Below are positions 25,101 through 37,300 of a DNA stretch of 64,000 nt, piece after piece. The translations under genes were made by a program, and so were the position numbers. Positions within the stretch are counted from its first letter, which is position 1. The number at the start of each line of letters is the position of its first letter. The notes below the pieces were generated by a model that was not told the DNA's origin, did not search any database, and saw nothing but the letters and a program-made list of their open reading frames with translations. The DNA is taken from assembly GCA_002633005.1 (NCBI GenBank), contig NMRA01000292.1:143950-207949 (forward strand). Reading direction: 5' to 3'. The DNA comes from Phoronis australis (taxonomy: Eukaryota > Animalia > Phoronida).

Positions 25101-28100
25101 AAATCGATTTGTGTATTACAAGAATTGCAAGCAAAGCAAAAGTCTGAAATAAAGAATTTCAAATATAATCAATGTCAACTGCAAATTTTAAAAGTATCTT
25201 AATAATTTTCTTGTTAAACAAAACAAAATTAACAAATTCCATAAAATGATTGCAAACAGGTGGTGATAATAAAGTACACAATGTTCAAAGAAATTTCACT
25301 TCAAAAACTCACACTGTTTTCTGCATCAATGTCTGTTAGGAAATCATCCGCCTTCGATTTTTTTCGTTGACCTACATCCCCAATAGACTGTCGTTTGCGA
25401 CCACTTCTTCGGGTTCTGATAGACGGCTCCACTGTGCATGCATTCAGATCCTTTTTCTCACTTTTCACTTGCACTGTGTCACTGGCAGCAGATGTACTTC
25501 TCTTATTTGTTTTTAGGTTTGGAACAGATTTTTCTAATTTATCGCCTTTGACTGTATTCGCATCACGAAAACTATATTGTTGAAGTTTTGACTTCGCAGA
25601 AGATAGCCTATCTTTATTTGTTAAGTCCGCAACTGGTTTTGCAAGAATGTCTTTCTTCAATGGAAAATGACCCAGTGTCTTTCCTGCACCACTTAAAGTG
25701 CACTCATGTTTGGACTCAACTTCACTGCTTTTTTTCTTGGTTTTCATTTCTTGTTTTAGACCAACTATTGATTCACTTCCATCTAAGTTCGCACAATTCT
25801 TAACATTAATGTTTTTGTTACAATGATCTGCAACTCCATCATTTGTTTCATTTTCATCCCGAATGCCCCCTGCAGAGTCTGTTGTCTGCATCACCTCCTC
25901 CGAGTCAAACAGTGGTGGCGTGCACGGGATCATCTCTTCATTGTCATTGGTTAGATCAACAAAATCCAACTTTTTAACATCTTCATTCCCGGTTACTTCA
26001 TTAACTATGGAGACAGCTCCAAGATTGTTTAAGTCAGCAGATGCTGCACCATAGTTTACATTGGTGGCCATCACTGCTGTCGCACTTGGTGTCATAAGTT
26101 GACGCTGCTCCACTGTTGATCCAGGCACTCGTGGCACAGGACAGGGGGACTGCTGGCAGCTGACTAAAAGTGGCACCTGTTGACCACCTACAACTCCATT
26201 GGTTGCATCTGGCACGAGGCAGTATCGTGTGAGAGTTGCTGCTGTGAGTGTTGATGGCTGTGAAACGAGCATCACCGTCCCTTGGGAGGTTTGATTTGCA
26301 CCAGGGGAGTTTCCAAATAAATTAGTTAATTTTGTAGGCTGTGCCAGTGTTTCATTGACAGGTGACATGAGAGGGTAAGCTAGAGCATGTGTTTGTTTAC
26401 CGACAGGAGTTGAGGCCAGAACTTGAGGTGTCCTTGCCAATATGGCTGCAGAATGCCCTTTTGCTTGTGGAGTGTCTATGCCATTAACTACATTCATAGA
26501 CGTTGCATGTTGCGTCTCAGATAGCGTGGTACTGCTTGTAGCAACAGCTGGCAAATCAGGCCTCAGAGTTTCCGGGACTGCTGGGGTCTTGTTTTCCTAG
26601 AAACACAGCAGACACACAAATAAAATTTCATATCGTTTCTCAAAAATCTAATTATACTCAAAATTACCTATTTTACTTTTCCAAATTATGCAGAAATTAG
26701 TCATTTAGCGGTAATGCTCAAGGTTTGGGTGCAATGTGACGTAAAACTGGCTTTCAGTACAACAGAAGAGTCTACAAACTTATTTATAAGTTGGTTGTAA
26801 ATAAATGATGATTATGACATAATACAGTACAATCAACCCATAGTGCCAAATAGACAAAGGGAATCGGCCTCTTGGAATGACAGAGGTCAGCCAATGACAG
26901 TGTTGGTGGAAAAGAATGGGCAGATGGTGTGAATGTTTGGCTCCTGTGTTGACATAATTTTGAGTGAATAATCAAAGACCAGGGTGTCACATAGTTCTCC
27001 AATAAATCAATATTGACCATAATATATAGAGCGACATGCCCACCTTGTCTCCAACAGTCCTGACTTTCATCAGTGGTGTTGACGGTTCCAGGACTGATTC
27101 ATCACCAGCAGTTTTGTCCAGAGTAGATGGACCCAGGGTTATATTCAAGCTGTAATGATTATGTTTGTAGGTTAGCCAAACCAGCTATATTAAACATTTC
27201 ATAAGACCAATAAAACTATTATAAATTCATTTCTGTAAAAAAAATTCTTAATTGCAAGTACATATCTCAGTGCCAGATTGAGGTTTCGTGTCAGCAACTT
27301 GTCTGATATTAGCGTACTCAGGTGATACCAAACCAGGGAAATGGTTGATTCCAGTACAAGTTTTATATACTTACCAGGGGTATTATAAAACATGGAAATT
27401 TCTGTGTTTATGTCTTATGTCAAAATTTAAGAAGTGAATCACTATTCATGAAACAAGACCCCTATGTTGAGTTTACAAAGTACCTGTAAGGATGCAAAAT
27501 CAAAATCTAAATGGATATTAAGCAGATAGAGATTGAAGAGACAACTCCCCATAACCGCTGCTCTGGGATGTGATGTAAGCTGGTGAGGAATCCATAAAAA
27601 CCTCAGTTAGCTACTCCCATTGAAGCTGCATTTCATGTTGTAAAAGATGCCAACCGCGAATATCTAACTTTGCAGAAAGTGCCATCTAGTGACTTCCTGA
27701 AGAACTGTGTGTACAAGTATAATCAGGAAAAGAAACAACAGTTACTGGTAAATAAATTGCGGTTTCAAAGAAAACACCACAACTGATACACTTAAAAACA
27801 AGTGTGAACAAACAAAAAACACTCAATTCCAAATATTAGGCATCGTTATTTGGTAGTGAAATAAACAAATAGTAAAAATTGTGCCTTGTTTCATTAGGGT
27901 AATGATGAAATTTTATTATACTCATTTACACAAAAAACGAGACTTTCGCGAGATTGTAATGGTAACTGGTTCTTGGATGGTTTCCGACACAATGGAGAAC
28001 TAGGGTTGTTTGTAAATAAGTACTTCATTCGCATAATCACAATTTAATGACACTATGCATCCTTAAGATGGCTAAAAACAAAAATTGAATTATGTCTTTT

Positions 28101-31100
28101 TACTCTTACAAAATTGGTGGACTAGTATTCCTTACAATGACAAGATTTTATTTTCATTACCAACAAGAACATGAAAACCATCAGGGACATGAAAATGCTT
28201 GTGTTTGTCCTACTCCAAAAATAGTGGATTCAAAAATGGCTCATGTACGGATCACCTATGATTTGTTGGCAGCTCAATAATTCAAGATTGCATTACTGTG
28301 GTAAAGTTTTTAATCTCCAAAGCACTAAGTTAAGAATACAAAATTGACACCTAAACAGGGGTGTAATGCAGTTTTCACCACGCAAGAATTGGTGTTAAAA
28401 TCATTTAGTTGTTGAAAAACTCAACAGCAGTTGGCGCAGGAGAACATTCACCTGGCGTTAATAGGGGCCCGGAACACTTAGTTGGTCCACAACATAGTCC
28501 TGCAATTGATAGAAAGGGACACTCACCTGGCACTAATGAGAGCAGGATCACTCAGTTGGTTCATAACAAAGCCCTGCAGTTGGTGGACGGGTACACTCAC
28601 CTTGTGTTGTTAGGGGCTGGATCACTCAGTCGGTCCATAACAAAGTCCTGCAGTTGGCTGTGCGCCATTGAGAAGCTGTGGAAAGGAACGGTCTTCTGGC
28701 GCACCCACTTGGACAGACCCTTCACGTGTTTGGGGTTCTTGTTGAATCTGTCATCAACCAGGATTAACGCACCCCAGTCATATCTTAAAGAATAGACATT
28801 TTGCTATAAAACAGAATACCAGAAACTGTAAACTATTTTGTTGGTTAGGCTCTGTCAAAAAAACAATCATAGTCGTAAAGTTTCCACTACAAGAGGTAAC
28901 AAGCAATAATATTTCCACGCAGTTAGAAAGAGAAAACTTCATGGTTACTGTAATTTAACTATACTCGAGTTGAAGGTTTTAAAAAGGATTTTGAAGAATT
29001 TACCTACAAAACATTCATTTTCATAATTTGCCAAGAACAAAGAGCACGAAAACTCAACAAACATTCTGTGTGCATGAGATATACTTTTCAGAGTCAGAAT
29101 GCCTATGCAACAGCATTTTTCCTACAAAAACTGTGCACATAAATTATTCCATTTTTAATCATGCAAACTTACATTTTAGATAACTTTTAAGTTAAAATAA
29201 TACTATAGACTTAGCATGGTGCATTTTCTCTTTTACGACAAGTAAATCCATCAATTTTCGACACATGTCAAAAGAGCTTCAAAGCCTTAAATTCAAAATA
29301 GGTCTCTCTTGGTTTTTTCATGTCAAATACCACTCACAATGGACATCTGCTTTAAATTCCTACTAACAAAATGCATAGACCTACTGGTGTCGGATGCACC
29401 TTCCCAGAGCCTGGTTGAGAGCCCTGTAGGCCTGGGTCTCGTACCACTGACCTCCTGACAACAGACCCCGTTGCACGTTGTGCTGATCGTTGTACTTGCG
29501 TTTGAGGCTCACTTGCAAGTCTTTGACATTAGGGAACGGTATTCCCACCTGGTGAGTAACGAAAAAAGGGAGATAATTGCAGGTCATTTTGCAGAGGGGA
29601 TGTAGTCACGAGCTGTGTTGCAATACACTAAATACAATTTAGTGCCAAGATGTGTAAACTGGCATGATTCGTTTACGTTTAGAGTTCTCTGTTCTCAACA
29701 CCATTTTTTTCAAGTTACTTGTTATGGGCATATATTGAGTAAAAAACCACAGTCCTTGACCATCCAATGGAAGACTTTCCAGCAGCAACCTGGTGACTGA
29801 TCACATGAAAATTCTAGAGGATTAGGAGAAAATTTACTTATAAAGCTTAAACCAAATCAGGTTAATGCCAAGTCGCATTTGGTGACCTGGCATAAATTCC
29901 AGGTTGCAAACAAAATCTGAAAATCTGAAGTGCCCAAAACTGAAAATCCAAGGAGGCCAAATGAAATCTGGGTAGGCAGATAATCGTTGAATAAAAAAGC
30001 AAAAAAGGGTGTAGAGTCGTAATGTGACCCATTGTCAGTATCTTCAACTCAATTCTTCCCGCCAATGGACAAACGAACATAGAACGCAGGCAATCGCATA
30101 CACTGCTGACGTGAATTTCATCAATCTTGCCCGATTGCCAAACAATTTCGACTTCCTGTTGTAATTTAAGCGCGTCATGTGTGCTGCCTGCTGTGGCAGC
30201 AAACGCACTGACTTTACAAAATAAACGAACAATTTTGAATCAAAGGTAATGAATCCAGGAAAACTGTTAGAAAATTTAAAAATGGGAAGTCAACACGAAC
30301 TTTGAAACAAATTGATATATGCAGTGGCAACTTCGTGGTGACTTGAAATTTTTCCCCAAGTTGCCAAACACAATCTGAGGTTGCATTGGCGACCTGCAGG
30401 TGGCAAAATTGAGCGCTGATATTACATAATGCTGTACAGGAGTGTTTTCGTGAACATTCCTTTATGCCACGTACTGCGATGAAGTAGAACCTCCTGATAA
30501 CTGTATTGGAATGTGTTTATATCCTGTCGTTACATAATATTCTATCCTGTTGTTGTTTATGGTTTAGTGGTTCCTGTTTTGTAGTCAGTACTCTATTAGT
30601 CATATATTCCTAGAACCTATAGACTTCCTGTACATTTCTGTATATATTCTATTATTTGTTGATATCAATACACTTTTAGTTCGACAGCCAACTGGGCACA
30701 ATCTTTGTTTTACTCAAGTCTTTTCATGGTAGCAGAGCAAGGTTGAAATGTCTTCAACTGTTAGCTACAAGAACCCACCTCGGTTTGGGGAAAACTATCA
30801 GGAGTGGAAGCAAGAGATAGAACTGTGGAAGAGGGTAACTGATTTACCTTGTGAAAAACAGGGCCTAGCGGTGAGTTTAACTCTCACAGGGAGAGTGCGG
30901 GAAACTGCACTGCAACTGGAGGCCAAGGACCTAGAGAAAAAAGACGGTCTAATAACACTAGTGGGAGAACTAGACAAGATCTATATTAAGGAGAGCAAGG
31001 ACTATGCTTATGAAGCATACAAAAATTTTGACACCTTTATGCGTAAGGACGGTCAGCTAATTAGTGATTTTATTTGCGACTTTGACGGCTTAAATAAGAA

Positions 31101-34100
31101 GTGTCACAAATATGACATGTTTTTGCCGGATGCTGTTCTAGCATTCAAGCTTCTGGATGGGGCAAATCTCAGCAAAACAGAGAAACAAATGACACTGACG
31201 GCGTGTACGGACTTAACGTTATGAAAGTATGAAATCGGCACTTCGGCGAATTTTCGGAACGTATGATATTAAAAGTGAGGCGTCGGAGGGCGTTGCGATA
31301 AAAGATGAAGTCCTCTATGGGAAGTGGAGGAGAGCTCCACAGACAGCCAAATGTCATATGACACAGAGGGGAACGAACCCATTAAACAAATATGGCAGAA
31401 GAACATCCTGCAGGATCTGCAATTCTGTGTTTCATTGGGCTAAAGACTGCCCAGAGAAGAAACAAAATCATGTTAACTGGTCACTGGACAATGAAACTGT
31501 TTTGCTGACAAAAACCAAGAACTATGCTATTCTTGACACGGGGTGTTCAAGAACAGTATGTGGGCAAAACTGGCTGGACACTTATCTCGAGAGCCAGCCT
31601 GAAGTTGAAGTCAAGACCATTCCCAGTCAAAGATCATTCAAATTTGGCTTCGGGAAGAATATCGTGTCAACCAAGACAGTAACATTGCCAGCGCAGATTG
31701 TATGCCAAATTAAAGTCGAGGTAGTTCCCGTTGACGTTCCTCTACTGCTGAGCAATGAAAGTCTAAAGAGGGTAGACACAAAAATTGACCTAAAGGAGAG
31801 CCGAGTGTCAATGTTTGGTCAAGATGTACCTATTAAACACACATCATGTGGACATATGTGTGTAGATATCAGCAGTGTACCACAGAAAGAAGAGACTGCA
31901 GAGGGTGAGCTTTTCTTCTTAGATGATAAGAATTTGAGTGTTAGTTAGAAGTCAAAAATGCTTATGAAATTACACTGTCAATTTGGCCATGCTACTTGTG
32001 ATAGAATTAAGCAATTGCTGAAGTGTGCAGGCGTCAATGATGAGAATGTGTTTACATTGTTGAAAGACATAATCAAGAAATGTGATACATGTCTAAAATT
32101 CAAGAAGCCAAGTCCTAGACCAGCTGTTGGCTTGCCACTTGCAAGTGATTTNTAGGTGAATTGACGTGTGGGACACCAGATTCTACTGTTGTACAACTGG
32201 TATGTTTTACTGATTGTAAGTCATTATTTGAGGCAATTAAGTCACAAAAGTTTGTAACAGAGAAGAGGCTTCGAATGGAAATCAGTGGTATAAAGGAACT
32301 CATTGAAAACAAACAGATTAAAGAAATTAAATGGTGTGATTCTAAAGCTCAACTAGCTGATTGTCTTACAAAACGTGGAGCATCCTCTATTGTACTGCGA
32401 AAAGTGTTAGAGACAGGCATGTTAGAACTTTAGTCAGAACATTTATTGTATACGTGTTAGTAATACTATATTAGATAGTTTTTGGTGTATGGATCATCTT
32501 AAGGAAAAGAAAGAGAGTGGAATTTGATAACTGTATTGGAATGTGTTTATATCCTGTCGTTATATAATATTCTATCCTGTTGTTGTTTATGGTTTAGTGG
32601 TTCCTGTTTTGTAGTCAGTACTCTATTAGTCATATATTCCTAGAACCTATAGACTTCCTGTACATTTCTGTATATATTCTATTATTTGTTGATATCAATA
32701 CACTTTTAGTTCGACAGCCAACTGGGCACAATCTTTGTTTTACTCAAGTCTTTTCACCTCCTAGTACAGCTAGGTTGTGATAAGAGCACAATAATTTTGT
32801 TGATGGCTGGACAATCTTGTTCTTGTGAAGCCAGCAATTGTTTATTGAAATAAAACATAACTTACAGTAATAACAGCACGGGCGTTGTTATCCGTAAAGT
32901 CCAACCCTTCGCTGACTTTACCACGACAGACAGCTAAGAAGAGAGCGCCAGTCCTCTGTTGGTCTTCAACATTTTCTGCCAATATTTGTGACAAATAAAT
33001 AAATGAGATGTAGCTGGAAACTCAGGTTTGTTCCGAGTTGAATAAAAATGACAACGTGATTCAAGTGAGCAGGATGTCCATGACATAACATAACATAACA
33101 TAATTTTTCATCAAATCTGAAACATCATTCAACAGTGGATGCTCACGAAAAAACTCAACTCACTCAAACATACATTCAAAGATAATCGCATTACGCAATT
33201 TTTTCTACTTTAATTTGCAAGTCGGTGTTATAAAATCCTGACACAATATCCTGACTGCAACTGAAGAAACTTCCGTTAAGATGACCAACAATTACAGGTA
33301 CAGTGAGAATTTTTGACAGCTGTATGTGGATTACACCAGCACGCCATCTGCTGGTCAGGTTAAGACTACAGTGAAGAAACTCTCTTGGTAATTATGAACT
33401 TTTGTCTGAGCTAGTAAAAATTTCACTGTGTTTAAAACAACTCTCCATAAGGCATACACCCAAAGCTAAATAATAAAAGATATGTATATGATTGTGCAGT
33501 AATGTAAATCAATGCATTGATGTAGTATAAGTAACAATCATTAGTTTTTTCTTACACACCATATGTCAGTCACATCAAGTGACCAATAGTCAAGTCTGAA
33601 AGGAACTGTGTCCCGAATAGTCATGTCTGAAAAGATTTCTGTCCCGACCTGGGCTCAAACATGGAGTTCTTGCTAACTGTGCATGTGCTCTAGTCCACTA
33701 AGCTATTGGGGCCACCAGTCGATTACTCTGTGGACTGGAGCATCTCCACCATTAGCAAAACGTCCCAGCAAGGGAGTTTACTAGCAGGCCATTCCACAAA
33801 TAGAGGCTTCTGACTAATCCTCTGTGATGAACACAGCTATTATACGGTTGAGAAAAGTTTACAAAATGAATGTACCATAATTAAAGATATGACATTCGCT
33901 CAAATACCTACCTATTCCATCTGTCTCATTTATCACCTCATAGAACTCGTGCATGGTTTCGTCAAAGTCTGTCGATGAGCGCGATTCAGACACTATTGTT
34001 TTCTTCTCGCAGATTTTTCCCCATAAGCCTGTTTCCTAATCAAAAAGCAGTTTAACGAATTTATTAACGTAAATAAACGAGGATACTTAGTGGTTTTTCA

Positions 34101-34257
34101 ACTGAAGCCAAATGTCTCTCATGTTTCAAAAGGTATCTGCTTTCCAATTTCAGTAATTTTGAAATTAACAAATTGAGTACTTAGGGCAAATTGATCGCTT
34201 CAAAATAGACTAGATCCTAGAATTACTTTAAGTGAACTGATTCTTTTTAGAGCAAAT

Positions 34258-34315
<58 letters not shown>

Positions 34316-37300
34316 TAATACTTGCTGCAGCATTGTGTCAAACCAAAGTTCTTACTTTTTAGTCCCAAGGATAAACATAGATCTTACCCGAGAAAAAATA
34401 TTAAATTTAAAATTAGAAAATATGACAGATAAATTCTTTTTCTGATAAAATGGTTGGTACTCGACGAAACAACAAAAACAGCATATACGAGGTGTTCACA
34501 TTAACATCAGAAAACGTTTTGAACACAAACTTGCCTGCCACCTTGAGGACACTTTGTCAAGCATTCGGTACGATGGAAAAAAGCAAAGCACTCCATGAGG
34601 CACAACCTGAAAAAGTAAATACACATAAAACGTCCTGTTTAAAAGTCGAGTGCGTTAATTTGTTGTGGCATTTCATGATGACTAGTCCTTTTTCAGTAAG
34701 AAAATTGAATAACACATAAAAGTGACTGTTGTGAACAAAAATTTGGTTTGAACTTTATCTCTCAACGTAAAAATTGTTATGTAAATAAGACGTAATAATG
34801 TCAACACTTCTCTATCACCAATTTAGTGATGTGGAACAGTTTCAAGGCACTCAAGTAAGAACTAAACATTAACACAACATCCATTAGCAACCGAAGTGTA
34901 AAAAAGAAAAAGCAGCCGAGTCACGTCACTTCCGTTTCTTTTATCAAATGATGACACCTTTTGTCAGACGAGCAAAATATTCCATTTCTATAGAAACAAC
35001 ACACCCCTTTCCGCTGCAGCCTTCGAGTCCCTACCTGGCATGTCTTCAACACCAGTTTACCAAGCTCATCCTGGAAGCTGAATGTCTCCGCGTGTTGATA
35101 ACTGGCATTCAACAATTGACCAGTTGGACCACTGCCTACTGTCCCCACAAACACCTGTAGGAGACATCAGACACAGGGAGTAGAACCAGAGGCCAAAAAA
35201 CAAAGAACAGGGATGAAATTCTGTGATGCTATTACCTTGCAAGTTTCATGAAATAAGGCCTTTTCTAACAGCCTCAAAACTTGTCATTACAAAAGAACAC
35301 TATTCACAACAACGGAATATTAGATTTAAAAACTGATTTTTGACACAGAGGCCTTTCTCAACGCAATGTTTTTTACTACTTATTCTTCAAACATAACATT
35401 ACAAATATTGAGGCAATGACATTTAAATATAACATACAAGAAATTTCAATGTTAATGATAGTGTTGAGGTAGTTACTTATATATGATACATACACATGTC
35501 AGTCACCCAGTGCATGCCCCTCTCAGATTAATTTTAAGTGTGCAATGTATACATTAATTGTACAAGTGAAAGGCTAACTTAGACAGCAAAAGTAGACTCG
35601 CACGACTTCCACAATTCCTCCAGTTCATTTGGATTTTTTGTTTTAGAATATACTTTTCAGTAGTAAAATTTATATTAAAATGATTAATAAAAACATTTAA
35701 GGTTAAGGCATTCGTTTTTAACATGTATATGTAATATTTTGTGTGCAATAGAAACCAATTGAGCACTTTGTTTTCTTTTTTAAAAGGGTTCCAAAAAAGT
35801 TTGTCTTCTTTTCTAAATTTAGTTTGGAGTCGGCCTTTGCTGATAACAAGCTTTCAATGACGCGCCAAAAAGACCGCGTGACACAACAGTCTACAAATAA
35901 GTGTTCGATTGTCTCACATTCGTTCTTACAGAAAGTACACGAATCAGAATCAACATATTAACCAAGTGTTTGTAGAAATGATCCTATGTATCACTTTGTA
36001 TTGAAATTGGCAAAGTTTTTATTATGTCCACATACACAATGATTCAACCTGCCACATTAAGAAAGACTTTTAAGGAAATGGATCAAGCAAAACATCCACT
36101 TTGAAGGGTAGTTTGTCAAATAATCTACCCTTACATGTTAACACAGTAAAACAAACTAGCTTTATGCAACTTTTGTCTAATTTAAACTTCTGGGCAGATG
36201 TTTGTAGTTATCAGATGTAACTGAAAAGGAATTTACCAAGTAAAGGAAGTAGAAATAGTGTACCTGTTTCTTTCCGATGACGTGATTTGCCTCAAGCTGA
36301 ATTGAGAAAGGCACACCTAACTCAGACTGGAAAGAATCCATGGGTGACAGTGTGCCACTGGTCAGGATGACAGAGTGGACTTTATCTGATGCATCGCGGA
36401 AGCCCTATACATAATTACGCAGAACCATGTAACGAATGTTTATTTAATGATTAATGAAAACAGCTGTCACCAGACAAACAATAAATTACAGTGAGTGGTG
36501 CAAGGTTCATATCGTGTAAACCAAAAATGGTATAATATTCAATGTTCCTAGTACACAAGACCATATGGCAGACATTTTCAAATATAATACGAAGTCAACG
36601 TAAACCTCTTAAACCAGAGTTTGGATATATTTTCTGATGTACGGTTTATGTTGCCTAAGGATTAAACAGTAACTTCTTCCAAAGTCTCTGAATGAGGAAA
36701 TCGACAATGTGTGAATTACATTACATCCGAAGAAATCGTCAAAACTCTGAAAGATTAAGCAAAGCCCTACGTACCACAGCTGGATTCATACACCAGAAAT
36801 TTAGAGTGAACTCCACACTAGGCTGCATTTTTCGTCTATTACGTCCCAACCACTGATTATTCTGAAAGAAAAAGGAATCAAAACAAGTCTTACTTAGTCG
36901 TCTTAGCACAAGAGAAACAATGCAAAAACTTAGCCAATACATAAAATGAATGATGAGTGAAGTCAATTTCACAATTTGTTTTTGCAAAAATGAGAACACA
37001 TTACATTTTAAAGAGCTAGTCGTGAATGAAAATAAAAAATTCACACAACTTGCAGCTGAACTATGAGGACTAAATGATTTTCTGAAAATCAACACAAAGT
37101 CCCTGAATTCGTCATGCAAATTTTAGGCAACTTGGATACAAAAGATGACATGTTGCGAAAACATCGAACTACAATTTAACTGAAGGTTCATCGCATACTG
37201 GCACGTAACATTTAATGTGCATACTTTCAAAAACACCACCCAATCAGAATGTTTCATAAAGTTTCCAACAATAGGGGTCAACTTACAGTTGGGGCAGCTC

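Noticed and set aside
25301-26554. 417-aa ORF as a stand-alone gene
   Set aside because: It is the large internal BRIP1 exon: an in-frame acceptor at 26597 is phase-matched to exon 27149-27044.
27553-27696. Candidate extra BRIP1 exon after ttcttcag
   Set aside because: All three frames hit stops, and exon 28601 already joins 27149 in phase.
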